A stretch of 64,000 nucleotides of DNA from Octopus sinensis. Its lineage: Eukaryota. Of the stretch, positions 13,116 to 26,929 are shown one piece after another. Both the position numbers and the translations under genes were made by a program. The stretch covers positions 67,084,001-67,148,000 of the forward strand of contig NC_043001.1 of assembly GCF_006345805.1 (NCBI RefSeq). The letters run 5' to 3'. Numbering within the stretch: position 1 is the stretch's first letter; each line of letters starts with the position of its first letter. A model generated the notes under the pieces. The model made no database searches, was not told the origin of the DNA, and saw only the letters and a program-made list of their open reading frames with translations.

Positions 13116-13765
13116 CTATGATGGAGCAGAAATTAAATAAAAAAAAACACAACACTTAAAGTTAGATAAGGAGTACAGGATCAAGAGTAGGAATAAAGAA
13201 CATTATAGTTGTAATTCTCCTTGCTCTACAAATTCACATCAATATCAAAAATGACCATCAATGTTCTTAATGTTTCCTTCTTTATTATGATCAGGAACTT
13301 AAATCTTGCAATTTCTGACAATGTGTTGTACTCTTTGGAAAGGTGCATAACTCCAGTCTTCCTGTCTGACAAACCACGTTAACTTTAGAATACAGCTATG
13401 AGCAATGGTAACATCATGTAGAAGCTTTAAAATCAATATAAATATTTCTTTCTTTATTTTACATCCCTTAGATAGAAGAGGAAAGGCAAACCCATAGCCC
13501 ATTCTGGGGTCTCTAACAGGCCTGGCAGGAATATATTGTATTCTCACATGTGGAAATGTTTCTGTCTACACATGTCATAATATGTTTGTGCCTATTCACA
13601 TGTGAAATATGTTTGTATCTACACACATGTGGCAATATCCGTGAATACAAACATATTACAAGAGTTTATATGTTCACACATATCTGACAATAATTGTTGA
13701 TAAAGAAAAAATATAAGAAATACAGGAAAATGAAACAGAGAAACTAAATTAATGCAATTTGTTAC

Positions 13766-13876
13766 CATGGAGTGTATAACATCCAATGAGATGGATAATA
13801 TTGTGGTGAGGTGGCAGCATTTTTAACACTTCCATTTCTTCCAGAAAGAACTTTTTTTCCTTGTCAGTGGCTTCAA
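13766..13876 (-). CDS. RTK-like exon, alphaC and subdomain IV (EATDKEKKFFLEEMEVLKMLPPHHNIIHLIGCYTLH)
   Basis: Not in the supplied ORF track; translated by hand. Acceptor ttctgtttcag|TT, donor G|gtaaca. 111 nt, phase 1 to 1. Confidence 0.93.
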
Positions 13877-15164
13877 CTGAAACAGAAACAAAACAGGATT
13901 TAAAAGTTATCCCAAGTCAGTAAACAATAGCATCAGCAGCAGCAGCAACAGTAGCAGCAGCAGCTGCTGCCACCGCCGCTGCCACCACCATCATCATCAT
14001 TATTATAGTGTCCACTTTTCCAATGCTTGCATGGGTTGGATAACATTTGTTGAGGAAGATGCTCTTCTTGTCACCAATTCTCACTTTTTTCCAAGCAGAG
14101 TAATATTGCCCAATGCGTTTTTAAAGAAAATTGCAAATGAATGACATGGCTTGAATGATAGTGACACTAATTCACAACTATCAAGAGATGCCAAGTCAAA
14201 GAGGCACAAACAGATGTATACATACAAACATATATAAATCATTACCAACCCCCCCCCACACATATATATATATAAATCATTACCAGTCCAAACAAATAGT
14301 AGTATAGAAGAAATAAATGAAGTTTATAGGAGAAATGTACAGAGAATTTATGAAAATTTACTTAAATTCTAATATTTATGTTATTTAATGTACACAGTAT
14401 ATAGTTAGAAGCTACAAATAGTTTCGTACATGGAGAAATATTATCTAGACAAGCTTTAAAACATGCCTTTAGACTCTGGGTATAGACCCTATACAAGTTA
14501 CATATTTTAATTAAAATGTTAGTTGTGTAAGAGGTAGATTTGCTGTGAGGTTAATGTACTATGAATTGTATGGACAGGAGATCATATCTTACAATAGTAG
14601 CACAGGACAAAATACATAACTGAAACAGTGACAGTCTTCGATATGGACGTAACACTGAACATAAATATTTGTCATTGGGATTCTCACCATTATTTAACCC
14701 TTTAGCATTCAGAGTAATCTATCAAATGTTCTGCTTATTTATTATATTGTTTTGAATTAATTCTGTATTATCTCATACCTTTGACTGGAAATGAACATCC
14801 TCACTTGTATAAGTTTATTCTGGTGCAGCTCATTTACAACCTTTACATTTACACACACACGCACAATTTGTGTTATGTTCAGAAGTGATGCACATCACCA
14901 GAATTTCTGACATGAGTCAAACCACACCAAATTCTTGTTTTAGTACCCATGTGAATGGATTCAGGATAGGATAGTATGTACAAGACAGATTTTGCATAAG
15001 AAAGTTCCCTTTTTATCTATTATACAATTATCTGAAATGTACATATTAAATGCATTCAAAAATTTCATTTGTTGGTTTTACTTCATTATACAAGAAAAAA
15101 CAATAATGTGAGGATGTGGTACATGCAAAGTATTAAAAGATGCTCAGGGAAGGAAAGAAAGGGT

Positions 15165-15199
15165 GTTTTATGTTTTGATCAAAGCTCTTCTTCAGAAAC
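15165..15199 (-). ncRNA. Degenerate minimal hammerhead motif (same repeat family as 39092 and 61812)
   Basis: GTTT-CTGAAGA-A-GAGC ttt GATC-AAAA-CA-TA-AAAC, with G12>A and helix mismatches. Confidence 0.5.
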
Positions 15200-16336
15200 A
15201 GGAGGCAGGAAAATCCGAGAGAAAAAGAGGACGGAGAAAAAGAGATCGCCAACAATCCACATGTTTTTTACATTTTGTAATGACCAGAAGGGAATGGACA
15301 AAGAAAAAGTTCTTTCTAAGTCAGGAGAGTGTAAGAAAAGGCGGTACCTGTGTGTATGTGTGGGTATGTGCACATGCACATACGCATGTGTGTGTATAAT
15401 ACCATGTGTGTGTGTGTGTGGCAGTAACTGAGTTCGTGTGTGTATGTGGGTTGTGGTAACTGTATGTGTGTGTGTGTTGCATGTGGTAATAACTGTTTTA
15501 TATGTGTATGCGTGAGTGATTTTTGTGTCTGTTAATGTTGTAGGAAGAATTCAGCAGCTATGGTAACAGAAGTGGTGGTCTTTTGTGTAACTGTGTATGT
15601 GTGTATATATATATAAATACACACACACACACATACATACATATACATCATCATCGTCATTGTTTAAAGTCCACTTTCCATGCTGATATAGGTTGGATGG
15701 CTTGACATGGAACTGTTTGTGTGACATGGTTTCTATGGCTGGATGCTCTTCATAATGCCAACCACTTAAGAGAGTGTGCTGAGAGCTTTTTACTTCAGGA
15801 CTATGGTAGAAAACACTTGCCTAAGGTGCTGCCGAGTGGGACTGAACACAGGAGCACATGGTTGGAAAGCAAGCTTCTTAACCATGCAGCCATGCCAATA
15901 GAAATTCACTATTGGTTTTACAGGGCAGATGGAGCAATCCCTCTGCTACATGTCAATATCTAAATGACCTCCATATACAAAACAACAACAACAAGGGAGC
16001 TTTTTCTGCTAGAAATAACAATAAAATCTCTTTCAAATCCCACCCTATTGTCTGTATAAAAGAATGACACCATGCTGGACGATGTCGTCTTTGATGTACA
16101 AAGTGACAGGAAGGTTATGGTAAGATTGTCTTTGATCAGAGGTCTGCTGGATCAGTTTTGACCCAGGGTTAAACAATGTCAATAAAAATAAAAGAAAACG
16201 AGAATTTTGTACATTAATTTCTTTATTAAAGAATGAAAATGTAAGAAAAAAAAACTTTATTGAAAAAAATTATTTATTGATAAAAAAATCATTAATAATA
16301 GAATAAGAAAATAAAAACAGATGGACAAATAACACC

Positions 16337-16386
<50 letters not shown>

Positions 16387-16528
16387 TAATAATGATAATG
16401 ATAATAATAATAAATTCAGTTGTCATTTTGTAGTGGCCATCTTTCACAGTATAACAAAGCACACCTCCATCAGTTCTATATACTTGGGCATCTGCAGTGT
16501 TTATCATTTTCATTATTTCTTTCACCTC

Positions 16529-16565
<37 letters not shown>

Positions 16566-19500
16566 GTTATTGTTATTATTAATGTTATGTAACTATATTA
16601 AAAGAAGCAGAAGTTAGCTAGCTACTCATATCTCATCAGTGAAGGTGTTAATTAAATTTGGTGAAGGAATATTTCAACAGTTTCTTATTAGATTAACAAG
16701 CAATATTCCAAACACTAAATTCTAAACAAACAAAAACGAATAAACAAATAAAAAATTTCGATGTGTTTTGGCAGACATTTCAAATGTTGAATTGTTACAA
16801 ACCTTGCAGATTGAATCCACATAGGGGTGGCAAGAATCTGGTTGGTGAATTTCATAGCACAAATTAAATTAGATATATTAAGAAGGGCAGAAAGAACAAA
16901 AGAAAAACAACCCAATGACACACACACTCAGAAGAAATAACAAGTGATGAAAAAATTTCCTTTTCCTCAACCTGGTACCTCATAAATTTGCTACTGAAAA
17001 CTGCTACCCTAGCACATCATGTCACCTCAGCACTCTGTACCCTATCCCAACATAGAAAATGGATGAAAAATGATGAGTTACAATGATGACACCAGTACTG
17101 ACACCATCTTTGTCATTTTGCACCCATATTCTAGTTCTTTCTTTGGGATGTCATGGAATAATGAATGAGAATTAGGGGTCAAGTAGATAGAACAAGGGAG
17201 TGGGTGTGTAGGGAGAGGGGTAGCAAATAGAGAAGGACAACCTGTAACATTTGATATGCCCATCCCTAAGCCAATGGAACATCAAAGATGTGACAGGTGA
17301 AGGCTGAAAGGGCTGCACCAATAGTTAGCTGGTACTTATTTTTAATTGAGCAAACTGGAGTAAACACGTAATGATGTGCTGCCTGATCTGGAAATTGAAC
17401 ACATTACCTTATGGTTGTGAGCCCAGCACTCTAATGATTAGGTGATATTCTTCCAGACATGCATACATACACTACATATATATATATAGTCATATATGTG
17501 TGTGTGTGTGTATTCTTTTACTTGTTTTGATCATTTAACTGTAGCCATGCTGGAGCACCACCTTGAAGGGTTTTTAGTCAAACAAATTAAAGTCAGGACT
17601 TATCTTTTAGAAACCAAGGCACTGGCATAGGTGCATAGTAAGAAGCCTGCTTCTCAACCATATGGTTCCAGGTTCAGTCCCACGGCATGGCATCTTGGGC
17701 AAGTACCTTGTATTATACCCTTGGGCCAACCAAAGCTTTGTGAATAGATTTGGTAAACAGAAACCAAAAGAAGCCCATCATATATATATCTTTATATATA
17801 TAAAACTGAGAATGTGTGTCTGTCTGTCTGTGTGTGTGTTTCCCTAAAACTTGAGAACTGCACTTTGCAAAGATGCCATGCAGTGGGACTGAACCTAGAA
17901 CCATATGGTTGAGAAGCAGGCTTCTTACTATGCACCTATGTTATATATTACAGTCTGTTATATATTTTGAGTATTGTTATCACTAGCGATATCAAGATAT
18001 AACTTTGTATTTTGTATTTTATGTGTAGATGTATATATATAGATGTACATGTAATATGTACACATATATATACACATATATACATGCACTAGCACAATGA
18101 CCCGGCAATGACGGGTCTTTAATGCTAGTATATATATATAGTAAATAATATAATTTAAAGAGGAACAAAAGTTAGGTAGTTATCTTGTATTTATAACATA
18201 CATTAATACAACAAATACATTAAGGCATTTAGAACATATTAAAAGTATTATTTAAGAATATAATAGAAATAAGAAATATATGAAATAAGAATATACATGA
18301 AAATATCATCAAGAAAATTCAATTTGTGGAGTTATATAGCGAATATAAGAAAACCGTATTAAAAATTAAACTTAAAAATTTAGAATTAAAAATTAATTAT
18401 TAAAAGTTACAAATTACATTAACAGCAGTGAGAAACCTTACTGATGAATTTAAAAGTCTGAGAAATATATCTGTTTTAAGAATTCTAAAAAAAAAATATA
18501 TATATAACAGTTTATAACAGGTAAAATGGATTTCTACATCAAAATCTGATATCAAATTTGAACTTATTAGACAGAACACAATCATATATTCCAAGAACTC
18601 TCCATTGCAATCTAAAGGATCATAAACCTGATTTTAAATCAAAACCATCCATCAGACTCATATGCCCAACAAAATCGGACTTGAGAAAAATTAGTAAATG
18701 TATAATAGATAGAATTATACCTCAAGTCAAAAGCAAAGTTGATCTTCCCCTATGGAATTCGAAGGGAGATGTAATTACATGGTTCAATTCCATTATGGAT
18801 AAAGAACACACTCGTTTCATACAATTTTATATCTCTAACTATTATGTGCCCATTTCACCTATCCTTTTAAATAAGCCACTAATATTCGCCTGCAACTTCA
18901 TTAACATCTCTAGATCAGATACATATATAATATTAGCAAGAAAGTCCTTGATTAATTTTAATGGACATAATTGGATTAGATCTGATTCAATAGATTGCTT
19001 TGACATAACTGTGGGGGTCATCTGATTTAGCTCAGCTGACTGATTTAGTAGGCTTGTATCTCTTGTCTCAAATTAAAAATAGTTTCCCTAATATATCTGG
19101 TGGTCTCTATAGGGATGACATGCTCTTTGCTACTAATGGATTATCTAAACAAGGGGTAGAAAGGATTAAGAAATCCTTAAGAAGATTCCTCTTAGAATTC
19201 TTTAATCTTAATATAGTATATGATACAAATACTAAAGTTGTTACATTAAATCTTAATACTAAACTTTATCACCTATACCGTAAGTCCAATCAAATAATAC
19301 AATATATTAATGTTGCCTCAAATCATTCTAAATCTGCTATTAACAGTTTAGTTGTGGCTATATCGATAAAGATTTCCAATCTTTTGGCTAGTAAAGAAAT
19401 ATTCAATGCATACACACATACCTATAATCAAGCCTTAAAATTAAGCAGCTTTAGCAACCAAATTTATCATATACCCGATACTAAACTTAAAACAAAACTC

Positions 19501-19969
19501 TAATTCTAACTTTGAATCAACTCAAATGGATGCCTCATTGGAAAGTATAAGTAAAATTAAGCCTTTAGGTAATTATATTAAATCTAATAAAATAGGACCT
19601 AACAATAAATGCAAATCCTTTACTCATGAACAACTTAATATGTCTAAATAATCTAAATCTAGAAAGCACGAAGTGATTTGGTTTACTCCACCCTTCTCCC
19701 TTAGTGTTAAAAACCTACCTAAGTTATTCTTCAAAATCCTAAGATATAATTTTCCAAAGCATCATAAATATTACCCAACAAATCTTCTATAAAATTGTCT
19801 TACTCCACAATGCCAAATTTGGGATCAGTTATTGCATCCATAAATAATAGTAAAATCCAATGTCAAACAATTAAAACTTCAAACACTGATAAGAAACTCA
19901 ATATAAATGTAAATAACAATGTATTTTGCTCACACAAAAATCAAAAATAAAGTTTGTTTGTTTGGAAAA

Positions 19970-22745
19970 AATTTCTTATTAATTTTTTGCATAATAGTCA
20001 TAGTTTGTGAAAATGGGAAAAATGATTCTCGGTTTACTGTTGCTTATGCATAAATTATAATTTTCATAATTTCTAATTGTGGCTGTTGCGGAGGGGAAAA
20101 TGTTTCTTTTTGCAAGAGAGAAATAAAAAATCTTTAACTGGTTAAAAGTGCTGGGACATGGACTCCTCAAGGGAACAAATATTCATTAATATTGAAAACC
20201 TAAATCTGCTTCAGAGAAACAGCAGTATTACTTGTCCAATAAGTGGTTTTCCTCTCTGCAACATTTTAAAATCCTTAAGCCTAGTTAGTTCTTGCACAAA
20301 TGGCCAATTCAGAACTTGCATTTCAGAACCTTTGTTTTTAGGCCAGAGCTACTGAATAATGTTTACAAAATGGCCAGATGTTTTTTTTTTGTTCTGTCCA
20401 AGGTACATAAGTATTTTTTTGTTGCAGCGGGGAAATTTTGCTGCAGAGGAGAAGTCTGTTGCAGAAAAAGTGTGAAATCCTAATGAACTGCAGTCTTGAG
20501 CAGATATGTTGTGTAGATAGAGAATAACCAAAATGTGGATTTAGTGAGCCAGTAGATGAAGTGTTTGCTGATATTAATGAAGATCCCATGGTACCTTATT
20601 ATCAGTGGGTGACTGGCGAAGATAAGCAAGAAAGCTGTTGCTGGAATGCACAATTGCTGAGGCAAAAGATCTTGCGGAGCAACTACAGCCATTCAGCAGA
20701 CACATTTACAATATTAAGTGGCAGTTTGCAAAGCTCAAGTTCCTGAAAGATAACCTGAAAACTGGTGAAGTGATCATTTAAGAAGATTTTACAGGAAATT
20801 TTCAACTGAAGCACCAGAAAGAAATGATGGCAGCTCACTGGTCCAATGACATGGTCACTCTCTTCACTACTGTGGGCAAAAAAGGTGAACTTGAGCATGC
20901 ATCATATGTAGTTGTTTCTGATGAAATGAAGCATGAAAAGTGTGGTGTCTATGCTTTCAACACAGCCATTATCAATGAGGCTAAGCAGTTAACCCTGGCC
21001 TCCAAAATACACTTCTGGAGTGATGGTGCTGGCTCTCAGTTCATAAACAAGTACACCCTGGTAAATTTGCTTTATCATGAGCATGACTTTGGTGCAGAAG
21101 CTTCATGATAATTTTTTGAGATTATATATGGAAAGGGACCTGTGGATGATGTTGGTTGTGAAGTCAAGTGTGCAGTTTGGCAATCTGTTTTGGAAAATAA
21201 AGAGGTTGTGACAAATGCAAAAGAGTTCTATTGTATGACCAAGAAAGTGTGCAAAAAAATTCATATGCTTTTTGTTCCACAATCCCCTATCAACAGTCAC
21301 TCAAAGAAGTTGGAGCAGAGAAGGACTGATTGCAGGTCAGTCCCAAATACTCATGCCATCCACTTTGTTGCAAAAGCTGATGCTGGCTCAATCATCACTG
21401 CCAAGAATTCCCAATTCAAAGTCCAAGAACCATTCGCAGAACTCACTTTGTAAATAACAATTGAGCAAACTAGATCAAACCCAACAGCACCAGCAGTTCC
21501 TGTAGAGCCAGGTTCTCCCAACAGTGCATGAGGAGCAGTACTATGCTGTTGACTATCTTTGCCAGTTCTACATTGGCAGGGTCTTAGAACATGTTTCTAG
21601 TTGTATGATTAAGTTCAAGTTTCTTCATAGATATGTTGGTGCTGGAATCAACACCTTTAACTGGCCCAAAAGAGATGATATTTACACTTATACAAATAAT
21701 GTGTTCTATGGTCCTATCCAGTTGGTTGGCACTGGGCCTTTTACAGTTGTTGAGCTGGAAAATATCAAGAAAGCATTTGCTCTTCTCACAGAAAGCCACC
21801 ATAAAAGTATTTGTTGAGCTGGAGAACACAGGTGTCTTTTTGTTTTCAAACTGACCTTTGCCCTGAGTGTGTTTTTTAAAGATATTTTTAAATATTCTGG
21901 CTTAAAAGACAAAACTTATAACCCTTTGATTTGCAATTTGATGATGAGTGACTTTTGTAAACAGTCAGACTTTGTAGACAATTATATATTTATTATATAT
22001 AATTATTCATAATTTTTATATTTAATAACTATGCATTTTTCAGAGCAAGTTTGACAAAACTGGAAAGGAGCTAGAGTATGTCACACATGCATTTGGTCAG
22101 TATGATAACTCCTTCATGTGCACAAAAAGTTTAGATTGAGTATCCTTAAATAATTATTTATAATATTTTCATTTTAACTGATGCTCGTCTGTATATATTT
22201 ATTTTCTAGATTCCCATTTTAAAGCTAAATGTAGATTTGCTCCAAACTTTGTGGAAATTTATGAAAAATTTTCACAGTTGAAATAAATTTGGAAATTGAA
22301 GTATATTGCTGATACACTTGCAGTATAAATGTTTAATTTATAACAAGTTATTGAAGTGGACACATTTTCCCCTCCGCAACAGTATACTGTCCCACAAGGT
22401 GCTGTCCCACACAGAAAACTTGAAAGAATGGGATTTCTTTCTGTTATCTTTTTGACAAAGATAAAATATTGTAATTCAGTATTCAAATAGTTTTTGTAAT
22501 ATTGTTTCAAAATTCAGAGAATTTTAAAAATGAAATGAAAGCTTTAGAAAAAGGAAATTTTCTGTTCCCCTCCATAATGGCATACATTTTGTGCATCAGA
22601 AGATCGTCATATAAATAAAGTCACACAGTGGCACAGGTGATTTTGTAAAAACTAGAAGCTTCACTACCCAAATAGACTAAAATGTCAAAATGTTAAGAAA
22701 TTATTATGAGAAAAGCACTTCTGATTTTCCCCTCTGCAACTTATG
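19970..22745 (+). mobile_element. Decayed cut-and-paste DNA transposon, DDE/D transposase (Sola-like; superfamily tentative)
   Basis: Frameshifted ORFs with WSDGAGSQFINK, xGKGPVDDVGCEVK and a C-terminal FYIGRV..FNWPKRDD. Perfect 21-bp subterminal inverted repeat at 20083-20103/22362-22382, with a further copy at ~22726. Outer boundaries are approximate. Confidence 0.78.
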
Positions 22746-23554
22746 GAATACTGTGGAATGTACCTAATATAAATATACCCAGAACATCAAATACACATAA
22801 TTCAATATCAAATAATAATGCTTCTCATATATAAATAGTTTTGAATCAAGTAAATTCATCCCCCTGAAATAAGGGTAATAGCAACCATAAAACAGGGAAA
22901 ATATGCAATTGTAGGGATACTTATTCATATCCACTTGCAGGATTTTGCCTCTGCAAAAATGTGGTATATAAATGTGCCGTAATATCAGATAAATACCATG
23001 CTAGAACTTATATAGGTAGTACTATAGACTTCAAAAAAAAGATATAGAACTCTTTTAAATTCTTTTACCAATATTAAATATAAAAATTCAACAACTCTCG
23101 CCACCCATATACATAATCTAAGAGATAGTAATACTAATTTCAAAATATTGTGGTCTATAATAGTGAATGCCCCTCCCTATAACGCTATTATGGATGAATG
23201 TAATTTGTGCATTAAGGAATCTTACACTATTCTTAGATCGTATAATTCGGGTATATTAAATAAATTTTCCAATACAATTCATTCATGTACTCACAAATTT
23301 CATTCAATCTTCATGAAGCTCCCTAAAGCATGGTATGATAAATAGTGACTTTTGCATTCTAATTTCTCATTATTACCCAGAATACTTCATAATATATAAC
23401 CTATTTATAATTTCTTCAAATTTCTGCTTTTTCATCATGCCTAACCAAGTAGATTTAAAAATAGCCAACATCTAACCCCATAACTGGTGACCAGCATAAT
23501 GTAACCTTGAATGAAATTTCCTTACTCTATATCTCCTTTCAGACCTTGCTCTCT

Positions 23555-23646
23555 ATTTTCCTGATGAAGGGAACATTGTCTATATGCAAATTATATAATT
23601 CACACCTTACTAGGACAAATGGTCTCCTGAAACAGCTGTAGAAATA
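23555..23646 (+). ncRNA. Type I hammerhead ribozyme in the PLE 3' region
   Basis: TTTC-CTGATGA(23561-67)-AGG..long stem..CCT-GAAA(23629-32)-CAGCTG-TA^GAAA. Predicted cleavage after 23640. Confidence 0.85.
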
Positions 23647-25038
23647 CCTCTTACCTGTTATTATAACACGTTATATATATTTTTTTAGAACTTTTAAAAC
23701 GAATATGTTTCTCTGACTTTTAAATTCCTCATTAAAGTTTCTCACTGCTGTCAATGTAATTTCTAACTTTTAATATTTAATTTTTAATTTTAATTTTTAA
23801 TACGGTTTTCTTATATTTGCTATATCACTCCACATATTGAATTTTTCTTGGTGATATTTTCATGTATATTCTTATTTCATATATTTCTTATTTCTATTAT
23901 ATTCTTAAATAATACTTTTAATTTGTTCTGAATGCCTTAATGTATTTGTTGTATTAATGTATGTCATAGAAACAAGATAATTATCTAATTTTTGTTTCAT
24001 CTTTACATTATATTACTTACTATCTAGCGCCTCGAGTTCAACCTAAGCATTTTAAAGCAGTTCTATAACTTTGCGAAAGAAAAAGCAATATAATTATGTG
24101 TGTGTATATATATATATTGTTGGTTTGTTTAACATGTTTTCCCATACTACCATGGGTCTGGACAGTAGTAGATGAGGGTAATTATTTGAAATAGGATTTT
24201 ACAACTGTATGCTCTTCTACTGCTGACCGTAACCGGTTTTAAGTAAATATTTTTTTTATGCCAGAGGTCATTGAAAGCACAGAGCAACTGCTCATGATAT
24301 CAACAAGAAATGTTAACATTAACACTGCTTCACTCAACTGGTGACAAGTGTATAATACCATCGTTCATGCACATTTGTGCATGCATACACATTCATACAA
24401 ATGCATATACATACATTTATAGCAACTACCGTAAATGGCACTTTATAGGAGCTATAGTAGATTGTACATTTCCAAGATACCATACAGTAAGAATGAACAT
24501 GAAATCATGTGGGTGTTACACATGCACATATATATGAATACATGTCACATATTCACTTAAATTTACAAACAGAAGTACACACAACATACACATTAACATG
24601 CAAATAAACATTGATGTATATTTTCAAGACCAATCTGTTGAAATTCCTGAGAATTACAGAAGAAATGCAATTCATTCTTTTATACGTTTCAATCATTTGA
24701 CTGTGGCTATGCTGGAGAACCCCCTTAAAGGGTTTTTCAGTTGAAGAAATTGTTTATGAGTCTAGTGCTTATTTTATTGGTCTCTTTTGTTGAACTGCTA
24801 AGTTACAGGGACATAAACACACCACCATCGGTTGTCAAGCAATGGTGGGTGGACAAACAGGCACAAAGACACACATACACACAAATACTTGGCGTTAGGA
24901 AGGGCATCCAGCTGTAGAAACACTGCCAGATCAGACTGGAGCCTGGTGCAGCCTTCTGGCTTCCCAGATCCCGGTCAAACTGTCCAACCCATGCTAGCAT
25001 GGAGAACGGACGTTAAACGATGATGATGATGATATATA

Positions 25039-25290
25039 TTTTTCACAGGTGCATGCTTAAAATATGTCCTTTCGCACCTTTCAACCTTTCAACAAATTTG
25101 CTAGAAGCCAACACTTCTCTTTCTCCACCCTGACCTTTTCAAGTGAAACTTGAAAATATTTATGAGGCCTTGGCCAAAGAGGAAAGTGCCTGTCTTTAGC
25201 TCTTTCAAACATGTCCACCACACAACTGGCGGTGCCCCAGCATGGCCACAGCTCATGAGCTGAAACTAGAATCAATCAATCAATCATATA
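25039..25290 (+). repeat. Duplicate of 26966-27161 (Tx1 3' end) fused to a 60-nt SINE/LINE tail
   Basis: 25039-25227 is near-identical to 26966-27161. 25228-25290 (ggcggtgccccagcatggcc...aatcaatcaatc) matches 33791-33850 with one mismatch. Confidence 0.9.
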
Positions 25291-25462
25291 TATTAGAAAT
25301 TTTGGAGATGATGTACTGGTACTTTATATTAGAAAAAATGAGGTGCTCAGAAATTCGGATGGTTTTATATTTACAGATATTTATTTGTATATTACATGTT
25401 TTTATACATCAGAAATATTAAATCTCTAAATATCTCATAGAGATATGTATGGTGGTGGGGCA

Positions 25463-25669
25463 ATAGAGTGGTTGTATACTGTCAACTTAACGTGACAGTA
25501 GGGGATTACACCACCGCTGTTTAGCCCTAGGAAGCATCGACGCTTCCTGTCGGCTTCGACACATTTCCTGTGTCGAAGCCGACAGGAAGCGTCGATGCTT
25601 CCTAGGGCTAAACAGCGGTGGTGTAATCCCCTACTGTCACGTTAAGTTGACAGTATACAACCACTCTAT
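25463..25669. repeat. Perfect palindrome: 101-bp arms, 5-nt loop
   Basis: 25463-25563 is the exact reverse complement of 25569-25669. Loop TTTCC. Confidence 0.97.
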
Positions 25670-25762
25670 GTTTTTATACATCATATAACTTATATCATAT
25701 ATTAGCGCTTTTGGCCATTCTGGTGGATTTTTCAAATGGAACTAAGTTCCTGTGGAAAAATT

Positions 25763-26205
25763 TTGACCATTTTATAGTGTTATTGAGTGTGTAGTGGTGG
25801 GGAGGGATATAAGATAGTACAAGAGGGTGAAGAATGGGGAGAAGGTGAGAGAGAGAGAGAGAGAGAGAGAGCATGTGTGTGTGTGCTTTTGTATCTGAAA
25901 ATAGTGTTAGAGAAAAAGAAGGTAAGGAAGAAAAGGGAGAGAGGGAAGAAGAAAAATTGTTTTGCTGGTTTCTTTTGTAGTTGGTCAGGATGTTTACTCC
26001 AAGGGGGGTCTAAGATCTTGGGGAAAAAGGTTGACCATTTTATAGTGTTATTGAATGTGTAGTGGTGGGGAAGGATATAAGATAGTACAAGAGGGTGATG
26101 AATGGGGAGAAAGTGAGAGAGAGCATGTGTGTGTGTGTGTGTTTTGTATCTGAAAATAGTGTTAGAGAAAAGAAGGGAAGGAAGAAAAGGGGGAGAAAGA
26201 AGACC
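25763..26205. repeat. Diverged direct repeat, period ~268 bp
   Basis: ttgaccatttatagtgttattga...gtatctgaaaatagtgttagag occurs at 25763 and 26031. Confidence 0.8.
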
Positions 26206-26929
26206 ATAAATTATATTTTCTTTTTATCATTGTCTTGTGAGAGTGTGTGTGTGTGTGTGTGTGCGTGTGAGTGTGTTAATGTGCGCACGTGTGTGGTGCA
26301 TGTGTGTGTCTTTGTATCTGAAAGATACAAAGGAGGACAGGACAAGTTGATGAGAGTAATCAGTGCCACTTTTGTTTTTATTTTTTTGCAACTGTAAATG
26401 GTTTTTGGTCTTTAAAAATTGACCATTTCAAAAAAGAATTGTCTGGATTTTATTTTATTATTGTTTTGTGAGTGTGTGTGTGTGTGTGTGTATGTGTGTA
26501 TATATATGGTGAAGCAATTAGCTGAACCCTAATTATATATATATAATGGGATTCTTTCAGTTTCCGTCTACCAAATCCACTCACAAGGCTTTGGTCGGCC
26601 TGAGGCTATAGTAGAAGACACTTGCCCATGGTGCCACTCAGTGAGACTGAAACCAGAACCATGTGGCTGGGAAGCAAGCTTCTCACCACACAACCATGCC
26701 TATGCCTATATTATCTAATAACAACAACAACAACAACAACAACAATAATAATAGTAATAATAATTCATTCTTTTATTAGCCACAAGGGCTAACATAAAAG
26801 CAACATGAATTGACAAAACAGGACAATACAAAGGGTTCTAGAACATGTAAATTTAATAAAGAAAACAAATAAAACTCCCAATAGGGGGAGGTGCTTTAAA
26901 GCTACTTGTGGAAACTTCACTGAAGCCAT

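Larger units (their letters stand above)
18141..24020 (+). mobile_element. Decayed Penelope-like element with inverted terminal repeat, interrupted by a DNA transposon
   Basis: RT remnants 18558-19503 (LKDHKPDF..RLICPTKS, GLYRDD). GIY-YIG-end remnants 22780-23345 (C.LC.KE). HHR at 23555. 18141-18538 is a diverged inverted copy of 23637-24020. Confidence 0.85.

Noticed and set aside
13299-13547. ORF between two kinase exons (HSCILKL resembles HxNIxxL)
   Set aside because: The true subdomain III-IV exon is 13766-13876, which fits in phase and sequence. This ORF lacks matching splice sites.
16292-16525. ORF MKEIMKMINTADAQVYRTDGG.. in the large kinase intron
   Set aside because: It runs into an (ATT)n repeat, has no motif, and the flanking exons already join seamlessly (VAIKRLM-V-EATD).
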